Shown here piece by piece: positions 27,967 through 40,766 of a DNA stretch of 64,000 bases. Both the position numbers and the translations under genes were made by a program. Source of the DNA: Octopus sinensis (taxonomy: Eukaryota); assembly GCF_006345805.1 (NCBI RefSeq), contig NC_043013.1:25110001-25174000 (forward strand), in the 5' to 3' direction. The notes under the pieces are model-generated. The model worked only from the letters and a program-made list of their open reading frames with translations. It had not been told where the DNA came from and made no database searches. Positions within the stretch are counted from its first letter, which is position 1, and every line of letters starts with the position of its first letter.

Positions 27967-28044
27967 TGCTCCTATTGTTGTGCTTATTTCTGCTGCTTAT
28001 TCTGTCTCCTGTATGTTCACCATCTCTCTCTGTTGGAGTAATAT
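27967..28044 (-). CDS. Candidate symmetric cassette exon (78 nt, phase 1-1) of MGRN1
   Basis: cgttttttag acceptor and gtatgt donor. Only the phase-1 frame is open: ITPTERDGEHTGDRISSRNKHNNRS, hydrophilic like the rest of the tail. Confidence 0.55.
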
Positions 28045-28137
28045 CTAAAAAACGAAAATGAATGATTATATAGTAGCCGCCAAGTGCAAGGCTTTTGTTT
28101 ATGACTTGAGCTTTCAGAGTTTAATTTATAAACGTAC

Positions 28138-28185
28138 TCTTCTTGAGCCCAATCAAATTAGACTTATGCATAAATCCAAAGACAT
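28138..28185 (-). CDS. Candidate symmetric cassette exon (48 nt, phase 1-1) of MGRN1
   Basis: ttttctttag acceptor and gtacgt donor. Open in phase 1: (D)VFGFMHKSNLIGLKK. No homology support. Confidence 0.4.
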
Positions 28186-30739
28186 CTAAAGAAAATAATA
28201 TAATACTTTCTATTTCCTTAAATAAATCAAAAAGAGAAAAGTTTTTTAAAATATTATTTTCATTTCATGACTCACAATAATTGATTTAAAATAAAGCGTA
28301 AAGTGTTTAATAATGTGAAGTAGATCCTTAAACTGAAAACTTAATTGTTAATAGCTACAATCTAAATGGGAATGATTATGTCACTTTATTTATATAACCT
28401 TATTGTTTAAAATATTATTTACATAAATGTTCTACCAGCACGGAATAAATGGAAATAAACCAAAGCTTAAGACCACACAGTTTCAGAGATCTACTAACAT
28501 TTGATCTCAAAAATTGTGTTGGCCCTATAAAAAGGAAAACAGAATTAGTAACTATTTAGGATGCATGAAATGATGAAAGGTTTCCAAACGAAATTAACTC
28601 AGTATTCAAGTATATCAAAATGAAGTTTAGGGACATGTCAATAATTAGAACCAAGATACTTGACAAACAACCCCTGAAAAGAGAGAATGGTTCAGAATCA
28701 AAGAACGAAATAAACCAAAACTCAGCATGGAGAAATTGTAGCAAAGAATGGATGCATAAAAATTACAATTGTATATTGTCCAATTTTTATTTTTGTAAAT
28801 AGAAGCATAGTCAGTAGGATTTGGAAGAAATTTAAGAAACTCATATGTAATGAAGATTATATGGCAACAGGAGAGGCATAGAAAAATCTGCCTCAACACA
28901 TACCATCCAACCCATGCAAGCATGGAAAAGTAGATGTTAAAATAACAACAATGATGATGATGATGATAATTCAGTGCAATACTGCAAGATAGAGGAGATA
29001 CATGGATAATGAATGAAAACAATCTATAGTGACTCAAGAATAAGATAAGAGTTAGGTGTTAAATTTATGTAATCTTAGAAAAACTATTATTTTGAAAGAG
29101 GATTAGATATTAAAGGGAACAGCCAATGTATGCGACAAATAGGATATCATTTATTTGGAAATGTAATGTCAATGAAGAAACCATAAAATATAAAATTGAC
29201 AACTACATATCACATGGGAGGATGCAAAGTAGTTGGAATACTGTGTCATAAAAACAATGACGAAGAATTGAGATTTATATATATATATAGGACATGGATA
29301 CCTGTACACATATTAGAGAAAATGCTAGTGAATATGTGTCCCCATAGAACATAAACATGCATTAGTAGTAAAAAATGTAAAATTCTAGATATCGGGAACT
29401 CATTGATGTTAGAGGTAAGTTTGTTGCCTATAACAGAATAAATTTTAATGCAAATTGATCTTTATTACAAGTTTAATTACTACAATGAGAAAAAGAGCAA
29501 TTTTGGATACAAATTGGGATTAAAAGTTGTCAGCTAAAGAAGGATTAAATCATGGTAAAGATCATTTTCCTGAAAATTATATGACATATCACTAAAGCAT
29601 AAACACAGCAATAATCTTGACCCTTGTTGTAAGAATCTCAAGTAATAATAAAGTATGGGCTACACAAACGTAGACAACAGAATGATACTGATGACCACAA
29701 GTATTACTCCTTACTGTAAAATGTTGACAATCTAGTTTTCACAACCAGTGGTCTGCCTAATGTTTTGGACAGAAAGAGGCTAATATGCAAGAACTGCTGA
29801 CAAAATGGCTAAAACTAACCTGATGATGCAAAACAGTTTTGATGCTGAACACTACATACAAACAGGAATTGAGGAATAGCACCACTTGAAGATATTCTAT
29901 CCCACCCAACAAAACAAAGTACGAGTCTTGAAATTTGTTGCTTTGAGAAATAAAAACATACAATAAACATAGCTGGACCTGAGAATTGGGTGTACAAAGG
30001 CAGTATGGGAGTCTCTAAATATTCTTTCATCATTAAGGTTCATGTTCCGTGATGGCATGGGCTTATTGGTTTTACAGGATTCAATGGGTCTGAAGACTGC
30101 ACTGCTTTCACATGGTTTCTATGGCTGAATATCCTTCCTTCCTAACACCAACCATTTTATAAGGTGTACTGGTACCAGCACATGTGAGGTTACTAAGTCT
30201 GAAAAGCTGAGACCCTCTTCAACTGAGTGGGACTACGGAGTAAAAAAATTGGTTTTATGCATGGAAATGAGAGGTTAAAGTGTGAGAGAAGGGGCCAGAA
30301 TAGAACAGGCTTCTTACAGAAAAGTAGCTGCAAGGCTACTCACATTATTTTAGAAGAGAAAGTGGGAGAGGTCAGGGTAGAGTTGGTAAGAGATAAAATA
30401 GTGGTGATAAGGTGTTAGGGTGTATCCTCAAGATATAAAGAGAGGAGAAGTGAGTGGAGACAGAAGAACAGGAAGTGTGGGTGAGTAGAGGCTGAGAGAA
30501 AGGGTGAATATAAATGTTGAGAATTGAATAGAAAAGTTATGGAATAGTGACAACTGTAGAAATTGGGTAGGGTTAAATTGTGATATTTGAAATTGGGGGA
30601 GTAAGGAAGAGGAATGACTGATAGTGCAGAAAAGGAAGTGGGTGAAAAATAGCAAATGAGCAGTAGTAGTAGAAATAATAATAAAAACAACAATAATAAT
30701 GACAATAATAAAATCACCATGATAGACTTAGTAATAGCA

Positions 30740-31130
30740 CTAGATCATATACTGTCAGTTTGGACACCCATATGGGAAGAACTGATTGGGATATAAACCT
30801 GTCCAAGTAGTAGAAAATAAAGACAAACTAATCATGCAATTCTGGTCAATAGACCAGATATTGTGGTGAAAAATCATTTTGACAAAACATGTTTGCTAAT
30901 ATATTTGTGAATCCCAGCAAGCAGATTGCAACAGTTCTATCAAAACATTTTGGAAGTAACTACCAGGACCTTGAATAGAGAGCCAAAATGTAGTATCTAA
31001 GAATGATAACAGTACCTGTGATCATTGGAGGTCTAAAGATAATCCTAAATGGCTCTCTTAAATTATTATGGTCAAAAGTACAAGTACTACAAAAAAAAAA
31101 TGTTTTATGGGTACAGCCCATAACTTAAAA
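30740..31130 (+). mobile_element. R4/Dong-like non-LTR retrotransposon remnant (restriction-like endonuclease)
   Basis: Decayed P.QVVEN, NRPDIVVK...KTCLLI, YQDL and VPVIIG motifs. Weaker RT remnants upstream at about 29200-29600. Confidence 0.65.
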
Positions 31131-31743
31131 ACAATTTTTTTTAAATCACTGTCAATCTGAGAATATCTGAATATTTTTAAATCTTTCAAAATTGCATATA
31201 TTATGGACAAACTTTTAATACAAAATATATCATGGCTACCCATAAATAACATCCATAATAAAACGTCCAGCTTGCTGTAACTTGAAGTCTCCAGGTGAGA
31301 CTTGGAACAGCTTGCTTTGAAACAAAACAACAACAGCAAAATTAATAATAATGCAGTAGACAGAAGGAAGGAAGATGGAAAAAAGAGGAAGATGATGTAA
31401 CTGGGTAGGTTGTAAGATTGTGGGGCAGAGATGTAGTGAATAGAGAAAGGGAGAGGCAAATAGTGGTGGAGGAGAGAAAGTTTTGTGACTCAGGAGGGTG
31501 ATCAATGTAAAATGTGGATGGAGAAAACAGTATCAAGAATGCAGGATGGATGTCAGATGAAATGGTTTTGAGTAGTGAGAAAGACAAGTGGTATCACAGA
31601 AGAGCTGTTGAAGCTCAGCTCACATTTAATTACAGCAGGAAAATACTGCAACTAAAGACAAATGATGAGTGATGAAAAGACCTTGAAAAGGGAATTGGGC
31701 AACAGGGCTCAGTTGTGTGTGTGTGTGTGTGTGTGTGTGTACA

Positions 31744-31794
<51 letters not shown>

Positions 31795-32335
31795 ACACAT
31801 TATGCTTCTAGGATCTTAGTTTCATCAAGACAGGCAGGTCTTCTTGAGAACCCTATGTCATCAATCATCCATTCTTTTTTTGTGAAATTGAAGATGTGAA
31901 GAAATCTGAATTCATAGCATGACTTTGCACATTTGTTTTTGTGCACACCACATAAAACCACCCATACTGATGCCAGGTATAAAGCACTGGTGCTGGGATC
32001 ATGTAAAAAAGTACCCAGTACACTTTGCAAAGTGGTTGACATTAGTAAGGGTATCCAGCTGTAGAAACTATGGCAAAACAGATGGAGCCTGGTACAGTTC
32101 TCTTGTTTGATAGCTCCTATCAAACTGTACAACCCATGCCAACAAGGAAAATAGATGTTAATCAATGATGACGATGAAGATTTAAATAATACCAGAATTA
32201 TGATTTAGAACATAAGCATATACTTTTAGTAAACCTTAAAGAATATATTGATTTCCTCTTCTTAAATTACTGAACACTGATGAATCTGATTTTCATTATA
32301 ATTGGCTTAGTCAAGAATGGAAAGTGCAAGCTTAA

Positions 32336-32554
32336 CCCTTTTGTTACTATTTATTTATTTTGAGATGCTCTGTGTTTCTTTCAATTACTTTAAATATAAA
32401 GAATTTAGTAAAATAACTTAGTTATCATTAAGCTAGTGTTAGGAACATAAACTGTGACTAAGGTTTGGTGGAAGATTTTGATTCAAAACTTATGAAAACA
32501 AGACATTTGTACTCAGAACCAGAGCTGGTTTCAGCCGGGTTGGTAACGAAAGAG
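32336..32554. mobile_element. TTAA-targeting (piggyBac-type) MITE, family A
   Basis: TTAA-ccctttt gttac...gtaacgaaagag-TTAA. An opposite-orientation copy lies at about 39850-40060, with fragments at 4170-4330 and 20890-21065. Confidence 0.8.
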
Positions 32555-34006
32555 TTAAGAGTTAAAATGTTCCTGTCAAAAGTATTCTTTTAGAAAAGCT
32601 TGCTTCAAATTCCAGTTTGTTTATGAGCAGAGTAACTACTGAGTGCACAACTGTGTGAACTATGAAAGTTTCTAGTGAAAAAACACCTCTTTAAGAATAC
32701 AGAATTACCTGCATTAGAAGAAAATAGTTTCCATACTGATTTTGGTGATTATCACCATCAAATTATTATCATTGCTACACATCTTTTAAAACCGAAATAT
32801 ATCAATTTTCAATTAGTACAAACCACTGCAACAAAAATGACATTCAGAATAAGTTTAATCAAATGGTGAGTCTAAATAATGTTATCTTGTCTAAGAGAAA
32901 TATGTAAAAGCAAGTGAAAAACAAACACAGTTGGAGTGATTAAGTTGAGTAAATAAATAAATAAATCTGGCTTAATGATTGAAACAGCAGCAGATAATTG
33001 CCAGTGAATTGTGAAGAAGCTTTAGAGGAGAAATAAAATGTTTATATATCATTTTAATGCAATCAAAGTCTTAATTAATAGGTAATAATAATCCTTCCTA
33101 CTATAAGTATAAGGCCTGAAATTTGGAGGGAGGGAGCTAGTCAATGAGATTAATTGACCCCCAGTATTTGACTGGTACTTATTTTATCAACTCCTGAAGG
33201 GATAAAAGACAAAGTTGGCCTTGCCAGTATTTGAACTCAGAACATTAAGATGGACGAAATGCCACTAAGTATTTTGTTCAGCTAGCAAAATAATTCTGCC
33301 AGCTCAACACCTAATAACTATTAATAATAAGAAAAACAAACTAACATCATAAGAGTTAATATCTACCAAAATAACGGTTTGTAGTATTAAAAACTTGAGC
33401 AAAGAAGAAAAACTGGTATGGGAGAAATATGATAATATGTAAAGATGTTAAGTGTAGCAGAATAAGCAAATAGAAAATGATTTTAAATAGCATTGGATTA
33501 TAAATTATTGTAGAGTGAAAGATTTCCTCAAACTAAATTAATCTAGAAATCACCATCATCATTTTATGTCTGTTGTCCATGCTGGTATGGGTTGGATGGT
33601 TTGGCTGGGCTGGCACATGGAAGGCTGCACCAGACTCCAGTCTCATTTGATATGGTTTTCTACAGCTGGATGCCCTTCCTAACGCCAACTACTCAGAGTG
33701 TAATAGGTGCTTTTATGTGCCACCAGCACAGGTGCTATTTACATGACACCAGGGTGTGTTTATGTGCCACTAGCACAGGTACCAATTTGCAGGGCACCAG
33801 TATCTGCTATGACTCCAAAGAAGATGGGTCTTCTTCCCAAGCATGACATAATGCCAAAGGTCTTGGTTATTGCCTCCATGAGGCCCAACACTCGAATGCA
33901 ACTCCACCACCTTGTCTCCATTAGGCCCAACACTCATAATTTAGCTTGTATTTTTATACAAAAGATTAGTCAAATTCTATAGTTTCAATGAATAAGTATA
34001 TTGCCC

Positions 34007-34320
34007 TATGTGAAGGCAAATGGCGTAGTGGTTAGGGCATTTAGCTTATGAGTTCGATTCCCAGCAGTGCATTGTGTCCTTGAGCAAGACACTTTATTCC
34101 ACATTGCTCCAGTCCACTCAGCTGACAAAAACGAGTTGTACCTATAATACAAAATGCCAGCCTTGTCACATTCTGTGTCATGTTGAACCTCCCTGAGAAT
34201 TATCTTAAGGGTACATGTGTCTGAAGAGTGCTCAGCCACTTGCACATTCATTTCATGAGCAGGCTGTTCTGCTGATCTGATCAACTGGAACCCTCATCGT
34301 TGTAATCAACAGAGTGCCAG
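34007..34320 (+). mobile_element. Third tRNA-derived SINE family
   Basis: A-box tggcgtagtgg, B-box gttcgattcc, gtgtccttgagcaagacactt. Related inverse copies at 63673-64000 and about 2050-2200. Confidence 0.8.
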
Positions 34321-36029
34321 TTTTATAGTGCCCTACAGAAAAAAGAATTTGGATTTCTAATATTGGAAGAATACCTCAAATGTAAAGGATAGAGGTATAG
34401 CTAAATGAACTGAATCCCAGTATAACTGATACCTGTTTCCCTGGCTTCAGAGTTGAGTAAAGTGGGGAATTAACACTAATAATTCTTCCAAATTTTTGGC
34501 ACAAAGCCAGGATAATAATTGCTTCAAATTTTGGCACAAGGCCTGCAATTTTAAGCAGGAGAAGGTTAGACAATTATGTCAACCCCAGTGGTATTAAGTT
34601 TATTGACCCTGGAAGTTGACTTTGGCAGTATTTGAACTCAATGTAAAGCAGGAAAAAAAAGATGCTATGCATTCTGCCAGTTCACCACCTTAATAATAAT
34701 AATGTTCTTTTCTATTATATAGGCACAAAGTGTGAAATTTGTGGGAGGGTAAGTCGATTATATCGATCTCAGACCTCAACTGCTACTTAATTTATCGACC
34801 CCGAAAGGATGAAAGGCAAAGTTGACCTCAATGGAATCTGAACTTAAACCATAGTGACAGACAAAATACCACTAAGCATTTTGTCCAGTGTGCTAACAAC
34901 TCTGCCAACTTTCCACCTTAATAATAATAATGATAATAATAACAGCAATAATAATGATAACAATAATTTCTATAAAACTAGCACAAGGTCACAGATCTTG
35001 CTGGTAAGATACAGTTGACTCCAGCACTTATTTTAACAAGCTTGGAAAGATATAAAATGAAACACTAGTCAAGCAGGATTTAATTCAGAACTAAGAAGGG
35101 ATGTAAGCAAATGCCATAAAACATTATCTGTCATGCTATCCATTATTCCTGGCAGTTCACACATACTACACAGATTACTCTCAATACAAAAACAAAAAAA
35201 CAAACAACAAATCACTGTATAGACCTAAGAGGCTCAGTAATGCAGTGAAAGCAAATAATGAAAATGATACTAATCATTTTTAACGTAAGCTCAAAGGCAA
35301 AACTCTGTGGGAAGGGATCAGTTGATTAAATCAACCCAAGGATTTGACTAGCACTTTTATTATATTGATTCTGGAAAGATGAAGCAAAGTTGACCATGGC
35401 AAGATTTGAAATCAGAAGACAAAAAGTTGAAACAAAAACTGAAGGGCATTTTGCTTGATGATCTACCAATTCTACCAAACCACTATTATAATAATAATAA
35501 TAATAATAATAGTGGGTTCAAATTTTGCCACAAGGGCATCAATTTTGGGGGAGGGGATGAGTCAATTACATCAACCCCAGTGTTCAACTGGTACTTATTT
35601 TATTGACCCTGAAGGGATGAAAGGCAAAGAACTCAGAAGACAGCGACAAGCAAATCAGCATAAAGCTTTTCATCCAGCAAAGAATTAATATTTCTTAGCA
35701 TTTAAAAAATGTTAATTGTTGTTCATTATAATTAAATATCTACAAAGTTATTTTTTTAAAATTTCTATTAAAAATTATCTAAAATTCAATAAACATGTGT
35801 TACAGTAATTTCAAAATACTGAATACTTTATAATTTATTTAAACAATGTTTTATGTTAAAAAAAGAAAAAAAAAGTGGAAAATAAATATTCAAAATAATT
35901 ATCTAGCTAATAAAACAGATCATGTATGGATTCCATAAAAAAAAAAGCAAATCAGTTAAATATTTTCTAGTACATCTGTAAATGAAAAGGTTTGCATGTG
36001 ATGAATACTGAAAAGGAGCTGAAAACATT

Positions 36030-36243
36030 CATTTCTACTCTAAGCACAAGGCCTGAAATTTTGGGGGAGGGGGCTAGTCAATTAGATCGACCCCAGCACA
36101 CAACTAGTACTTAATTTATTGACCCCAAAAGGATGAAAGGCAAAGTCGACCTAAGCGGAATTTGAACTCAGAATGTAAAGACAGATGAAATACCGCTAAG
36201 CATTTCGCTTGGCGTGCTAACGTTTCTGCCAGCTCGCTGCCTT
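36030..36243 (-). mobile_element. tRNA-derived SINE with Deu/Nin-type central domain (gcctttcatcc...ggtcgataaat.agtac)
   Basis: Well-preserved copy. Others at 19505-19710, 21095-21305, 22684-22890, 33095-33312, 34710-34920, 35515-35640 and 58730-58930 (all minus strand). The domain name is from memory. Confidence 0.8.
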
Positions 36244-36893
36244 AAATAATACAAATATTACATTACAAATGATTAAGAAAAGCTATAAGCATGATTTAAA
36301 TTCTATTTAATATGATTTTGTTTAGTGGTGATAGTATAAAATATAAAGAGAAAATTGACTGAGTCTAAAGCAAAAAAACTGTTACAAACACTCAGATAAT
36401 ATAATCTAAATAAAATGAAACTACTATATATGCCAGTGTATAAGATGCATTTTTTCTTATTCTGAAATGTAAAACAAAATTTGTCATGTGACTAATGTGG
36501 CTGTATTATATGAATGGAATATGAGAGTATGATGAAACATTAAATTTCTTCTTTTCCACAAAAAAAAAAAAAATAGGGTATTGTCTTATGCAAGACTACA
36601 TCTTATACATTGGCAAATATGATAATCACATATATAAGCATATGTTGAAATACACTTTTTTTTTTTTTTTTACAAAATCATATGAAAGCATAAGCTTATA
36701 TAATGAAAATGAAAGTAGGTTCAATGTCTACGATGAAACCAGATTGAATGAGATTATTGAGTAACTATTGATATTAATGATGACAATAAGGTGAGATCAA
36801 TAAAACTAAATTAAGGCAGTAAACAGAAAGTCAAATTTTTGTTCTCTAATGAAAAGAAAATTACAGAGAAAAAATACATATACTTCCACTGAC

Positions 36894-37020
36894 CTTCATG
36901 AGACATTTGCATAAGAACAGAATTATTTTGATAAGGTCCATTTAATGCTTCCAAGAGAGATACTGCTTCATATCCAGGAGGAACACCTTCTTGACTAACA
37001 AAATTCTCTTCTTCACCACC
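36894..37020 (-). CDS. MGRN1: MGRN1/RNF157 exon, 127 nt, phase 0-1
   Basis: Poly-T plus atcag acceptor, gtcagt donor. Encodes GGEEENFVSQEGVPPGYEAVSLLEALNGPYQNNSVLMQMSHE, with the conserved VPPGYE.VSLLEALNG. Confidence 0.94.
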
Positions 37021-37356
37021 CTGATAAAAAAAAAAAAAAAATTCCAATCACCCAAGTCACATTCCATAAACTGTCATTGAACTAACAATAAAAAAAATGG
37101 GTTGTGACTATGAATCACAAAATCACAAAACTTTTCTGTCAAATGTAAAAAAGGCAAAAAAGGAAAAAAAGTAACACAGCATCACATTGCCAGTGAATAG
37201 AGATATGTTTGGATGAACACCAAGGAAGAGAAATGAATAAAGAAACTCAAAGAAAGGGGTTTGAGTAACATCAAGGAATGAGCATTAAAAAATGCAATGA
37301 GGAATATAAACAAAGATGTGCATCTTGCTGTGCACCTTACAACTTCTATACACTAC

Positions 37357-37873
37357 CATCATCATCGTTGTTGTTTAACATTCGTTTTCCATGCTAGCAT
37401 GGGTTGGACGATTTGACTGAGATCTGGAGGGCCAGTGGCTACACCAGGCTCTAATCTGATCTGACAATATTTCTACAACTGGATGCCCTTCCTAACGCCA
37501 ACCACTCCAAGAGTGTAGTGGATCCTTTTTACATGCCACCGGCACATGAGCCAATCAGGGGGTACTGGCATTGGCCATGTTCGGATGGTGCTTTTTACAT
37601 GCCACCGGCACAGGGGTCAGTCAGGGGGTTCTGGCATCAATCATGTTCGGATAGTGGTTTTTACAAGCCATCGGAATGGGAGCCAGTCAGGGGACACTGG
37701 TATTGGCCACATTTAGTTGGTAGCTTTTTACATGCCACTGGCACGGGAGCCAGTCAGGCAGACCTGGCATCAATCACACTTGAATGGTGCTTTTTGCATG
37801 CCACTGGCACAGGAGCCAACCAGGGGACACTGACATTGACCACATTCAGATGATGCATTTTATATGCCACCAG
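37357..37873 (-). mobile_element. RTE 3'-tail copy with 5-6 tandem ~65-bp units
   Basis: Same tail as 48618-49467. Other copies at 1713-1893(-), 5712-5880(-), 16925-17320(+), 23820-23980(-), 31970-32180(+), 33550-33800(-), 42311-42893(-), 50618-50785(-), 54915-55095(-), 59745-60430(-) and 60514-60758(+). Confidence 0.85.
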
Positions 37874-38358
37874 AGATTGATAAGAGAAGCTCAAGACTAA
37901 GTACTGGACTTGGTGTAATCAACTAAAACCATTAAATTTGATGTTTTAGCATAGCCTCAGCGCACAATTATAGAGAGCAGTAAAAGAATAAAGGAATAAG
38001 TGTGTGTGTGTATGTCATGTATGTTAGCAGTGAAGTGATTAATTCAACAATGAGTTATTGACAGCTACCAAAGGTCAGCATTTTATTTATCAATGATGTT
38101 ATATCACTAATGATTGGGTTTTGGGATTCACTTGTGCCACATCACACATCCATAACTTCCTCAATTGCAGTTACCAGAATATGAAAGTACTACCAATGAG
38201 AGGTGTCAGCCAAATTAATTAAAAATTAGTTCAATATCCTTGATTAGATTAATGAACATCGATATGTTATTAGAGTGAAGTTTGGAAAGAAAAGAAGATT
38301 AAATTTGAACAAATGGAAAGCATGTGGAATATTTTTCAAAAATTTGCTTAAATATTAA

Positions 38359-38520
38359 GCATAGGCATGGCTGTGTGGTAAGAAGCTTGCTTCCCAATCA
38401 CATAGTTCTGGGTTCAGTTCCACTGCATGGCACCTTGGGCAAATGTCTTCTACTATAACCTCAAGCCAACCAAAGCTTTGTGAGTGGATCTGGTAGACAG
38501 AAACTAAAAAAGCCTATCAC

Positions 38521-38591
<71 letters not shown>

Positions 38592-38830
38592 CGCGCGTGC
38601 ACATACATGCATACACACACACGTGTCTTTGTGTCTGTATTTGTCCCCCACCATTTCTTGACAACCAGTGTTGGTGTGTTCACTGCCCCACAACTTAGCA
38701 GTTTGTCAAACGAGTTTGATAGAATAAGTATCAGGCTTAAGAAATAAGTACTGGAGTCAATTCATTGAACTAAAAATTCAAGGCAGTGCCCCAGCATGGC
38801 CATAGACTAATGCCTGAAACAAGTAAAAGA
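38359..38830 (+). mobile_element. tRNA-derived SINE with internal (TG)n microsatellite
   Basis: A-box tggctgtgtgg, B-box ggttcagttcc, CORE-like ccttgggcaaat, and tail ...gaaacaagtaaaaga. Full inverse copy at 6518-6920; partial copies at 1455-1605, 2210-2345, 25080-25230 and 40960-41110. Confidence 0.85.
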
Positions 38831-39416
38831 ATTAGGAGATTCTGAAACAGTAGACACTGTCAAAACCCTATAAATTAACTATGAAAGAAAATTTAAGGAA
38901 AAAAGTAAGTTTCTAATTTTGAATATGAAGGAGGAGGAAGACAGCATTAGTAAGAGAAGAGAGTATCATTTTACATGCAGTGAGACTATAAAGCATTAGA
39001 TGCCATTCAAAATTTTGAAAAGGCTATATGGAATATAAATTCAACAATGTTGGATAAAATTACCAAGTTTTGCTGAATGTCTCCAATAATGTCAGTTTGG
39101 TTATTTCAAAAAGTCATTAAAAAAGATCTTTAGAGTCCTCAGCCATGTAGAATATGTTTTGGACAACATAAAGAGATATTACATAATGTTAATGGTTTAC
39201 GTTCTCAAAATTATATAATTTTTCATTCATTTCAGATGAAATAATATATAGAAGTAATTTGAAATAGATGCAAAATAAATTTCCTGAAACATTTTACATA
39301 TAGTTATAATAAAGTAATACTTCAACATGTAATGAAAATCACTTTACAATGAACGAGGACAACAGAGACATAATGAATTATTAAATAACATACAAAAAGA
39401 TTCCATTATCTTTTAC

Positions 39417-39644
39417 CTGGGTTATATTTGAAGACATCTGTTTTCTTCGCATGGCTCGAATTTGTAAAAGTGCACGGAAAGGTGCACGGCAAATAGGGCA
39501 ATTACTAGCTTGATAACGTAATGATTCTGCACAGTTATTGCATAGGCATAAGTGACGACAAGGTAAAATAAGCGTATCTCGCATATCTGACATACATATT
39601 ACACATTCAGATCCAGTATCTTCAATGTCTTCATCAGTATCCAG
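39417..39644 (-). CDS. MGRN1: MGRN1/RNF157 RING-finger exon, 228 nt, phase 0-0
   Basis: ttacag/gtaaaa. Encodes LDTDEDIEDTGSECVICMSDMRDTLILPCRHLCLCNNCAESLRYQASNCPICRAPFRALLQIRAMRRKQMSSNITQ, the canonical MGRN1-type RING-HC. Confidence 0.98.
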
Positions 39645-40605
39645 CTGTAAGTTTAAATTCAAAATGTGAAGAAAGTTTTTAAATATGATTGAAAATTAAA
39701 TATTTCATTTTACAAAACTATATCTTTATAAATGAGGATAAACTAGGTTTTTTACTTTCTGCTGTTATTAATACTTATTTAAATCTTAAATATTTTTAGT
39801 ATAAAAAAAAAACTGTTTAAAAAAAAACAAATTAATTTTAAATAGGTTTAACCCTTTTCATACCAACCCACCTGAAACCGCCTCTGGCTCTGTAGTACAA
39901 ATGTCTTGTTTTCAAAAGTTCTAACTTAAAATCTGCCACCAAACTTTAATCACAATTTATGTTCCTAACACTAGCTGAATGATAACTAAGTTATTTTACT
40001 AAATTCTTTCTTATATTTAAAATCAATTGAAATCATCATCAACATGGTAACAAAAGGTCTAAATTTTATCAAAGGAAGTAATTACTTCTAATTAAAATAG
40101 ACCTTTTTTTAAAACCTAAATAGAAATTTTGAAAAAATAACTAAAATATTTAAATATCCCTTGATTTCTTTAAAGATGAAAATAATGTAAAACTTGATAT
40201 TATAAATTAATCCTTTTATGAACATCATTCTTTCATTTTTTTCACAAGGAAGCAACCTAGTATGCAAGATTTAAAAATAGAAAATATTTTATGAAATTCA
40301 ACACATAGATTACTTTAATTGATGCTCTTTACATTTCCAGTTTAGTATAGTGTTTCTTTCAGGCACATGAAATGCAAGATTTTAAATTGAACTAAAGTTG
40401 GTAACTTGTGATGTTTTTCCAGAGACATCAAAGACTGTTCACTCAAGAATTTAATTTGGGTTAAAAACTAAGCTCACCTGCTGACGGAGACTCTTAAGTT
40501 TAAAATTTTTAATATTAAAATTGTAAAAAAAAAAAAAGAATCAGCATATAATGAACAAATTAACACTCATATAAAAAAAAAACAGAGAAAAACAAAATAA
40601 ATTAC

Positions 40606-40766
40606 TTTAGATCTTTCCAGGTTCTTATTTTCTATTCCATAGATTTCTTGTAGTAAATAACATAAACCACCAACACACTGTTTTTGTTTAAGAGGTTTTA
40701 ACACATAACCACTGTCAGAATTTCTCTCAACCATTGCAAATGTGACATGAGAATGACCAATGTGCT
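40606..40766 (-). CDS. MGRN1: MGRN1/RNF157 exon, 161 nt, phase 1-0
   Basis: ttctag/gtaatt. Encodes HIGHSHVTFAMVERNSDSGYVLKPLKQKQCVGGLCYLLQEIYGIENKNLERSK, with the signature KPLKQKQ..YLLQEIYGIENK. Confidence 0.96.

Noticed and set aside
20068-27967. Apparent phase conflict suggesting a frameshift or recoding in MGRN1
   Set aside because: It is resolved by the 31-nt exon at 20449-20479.
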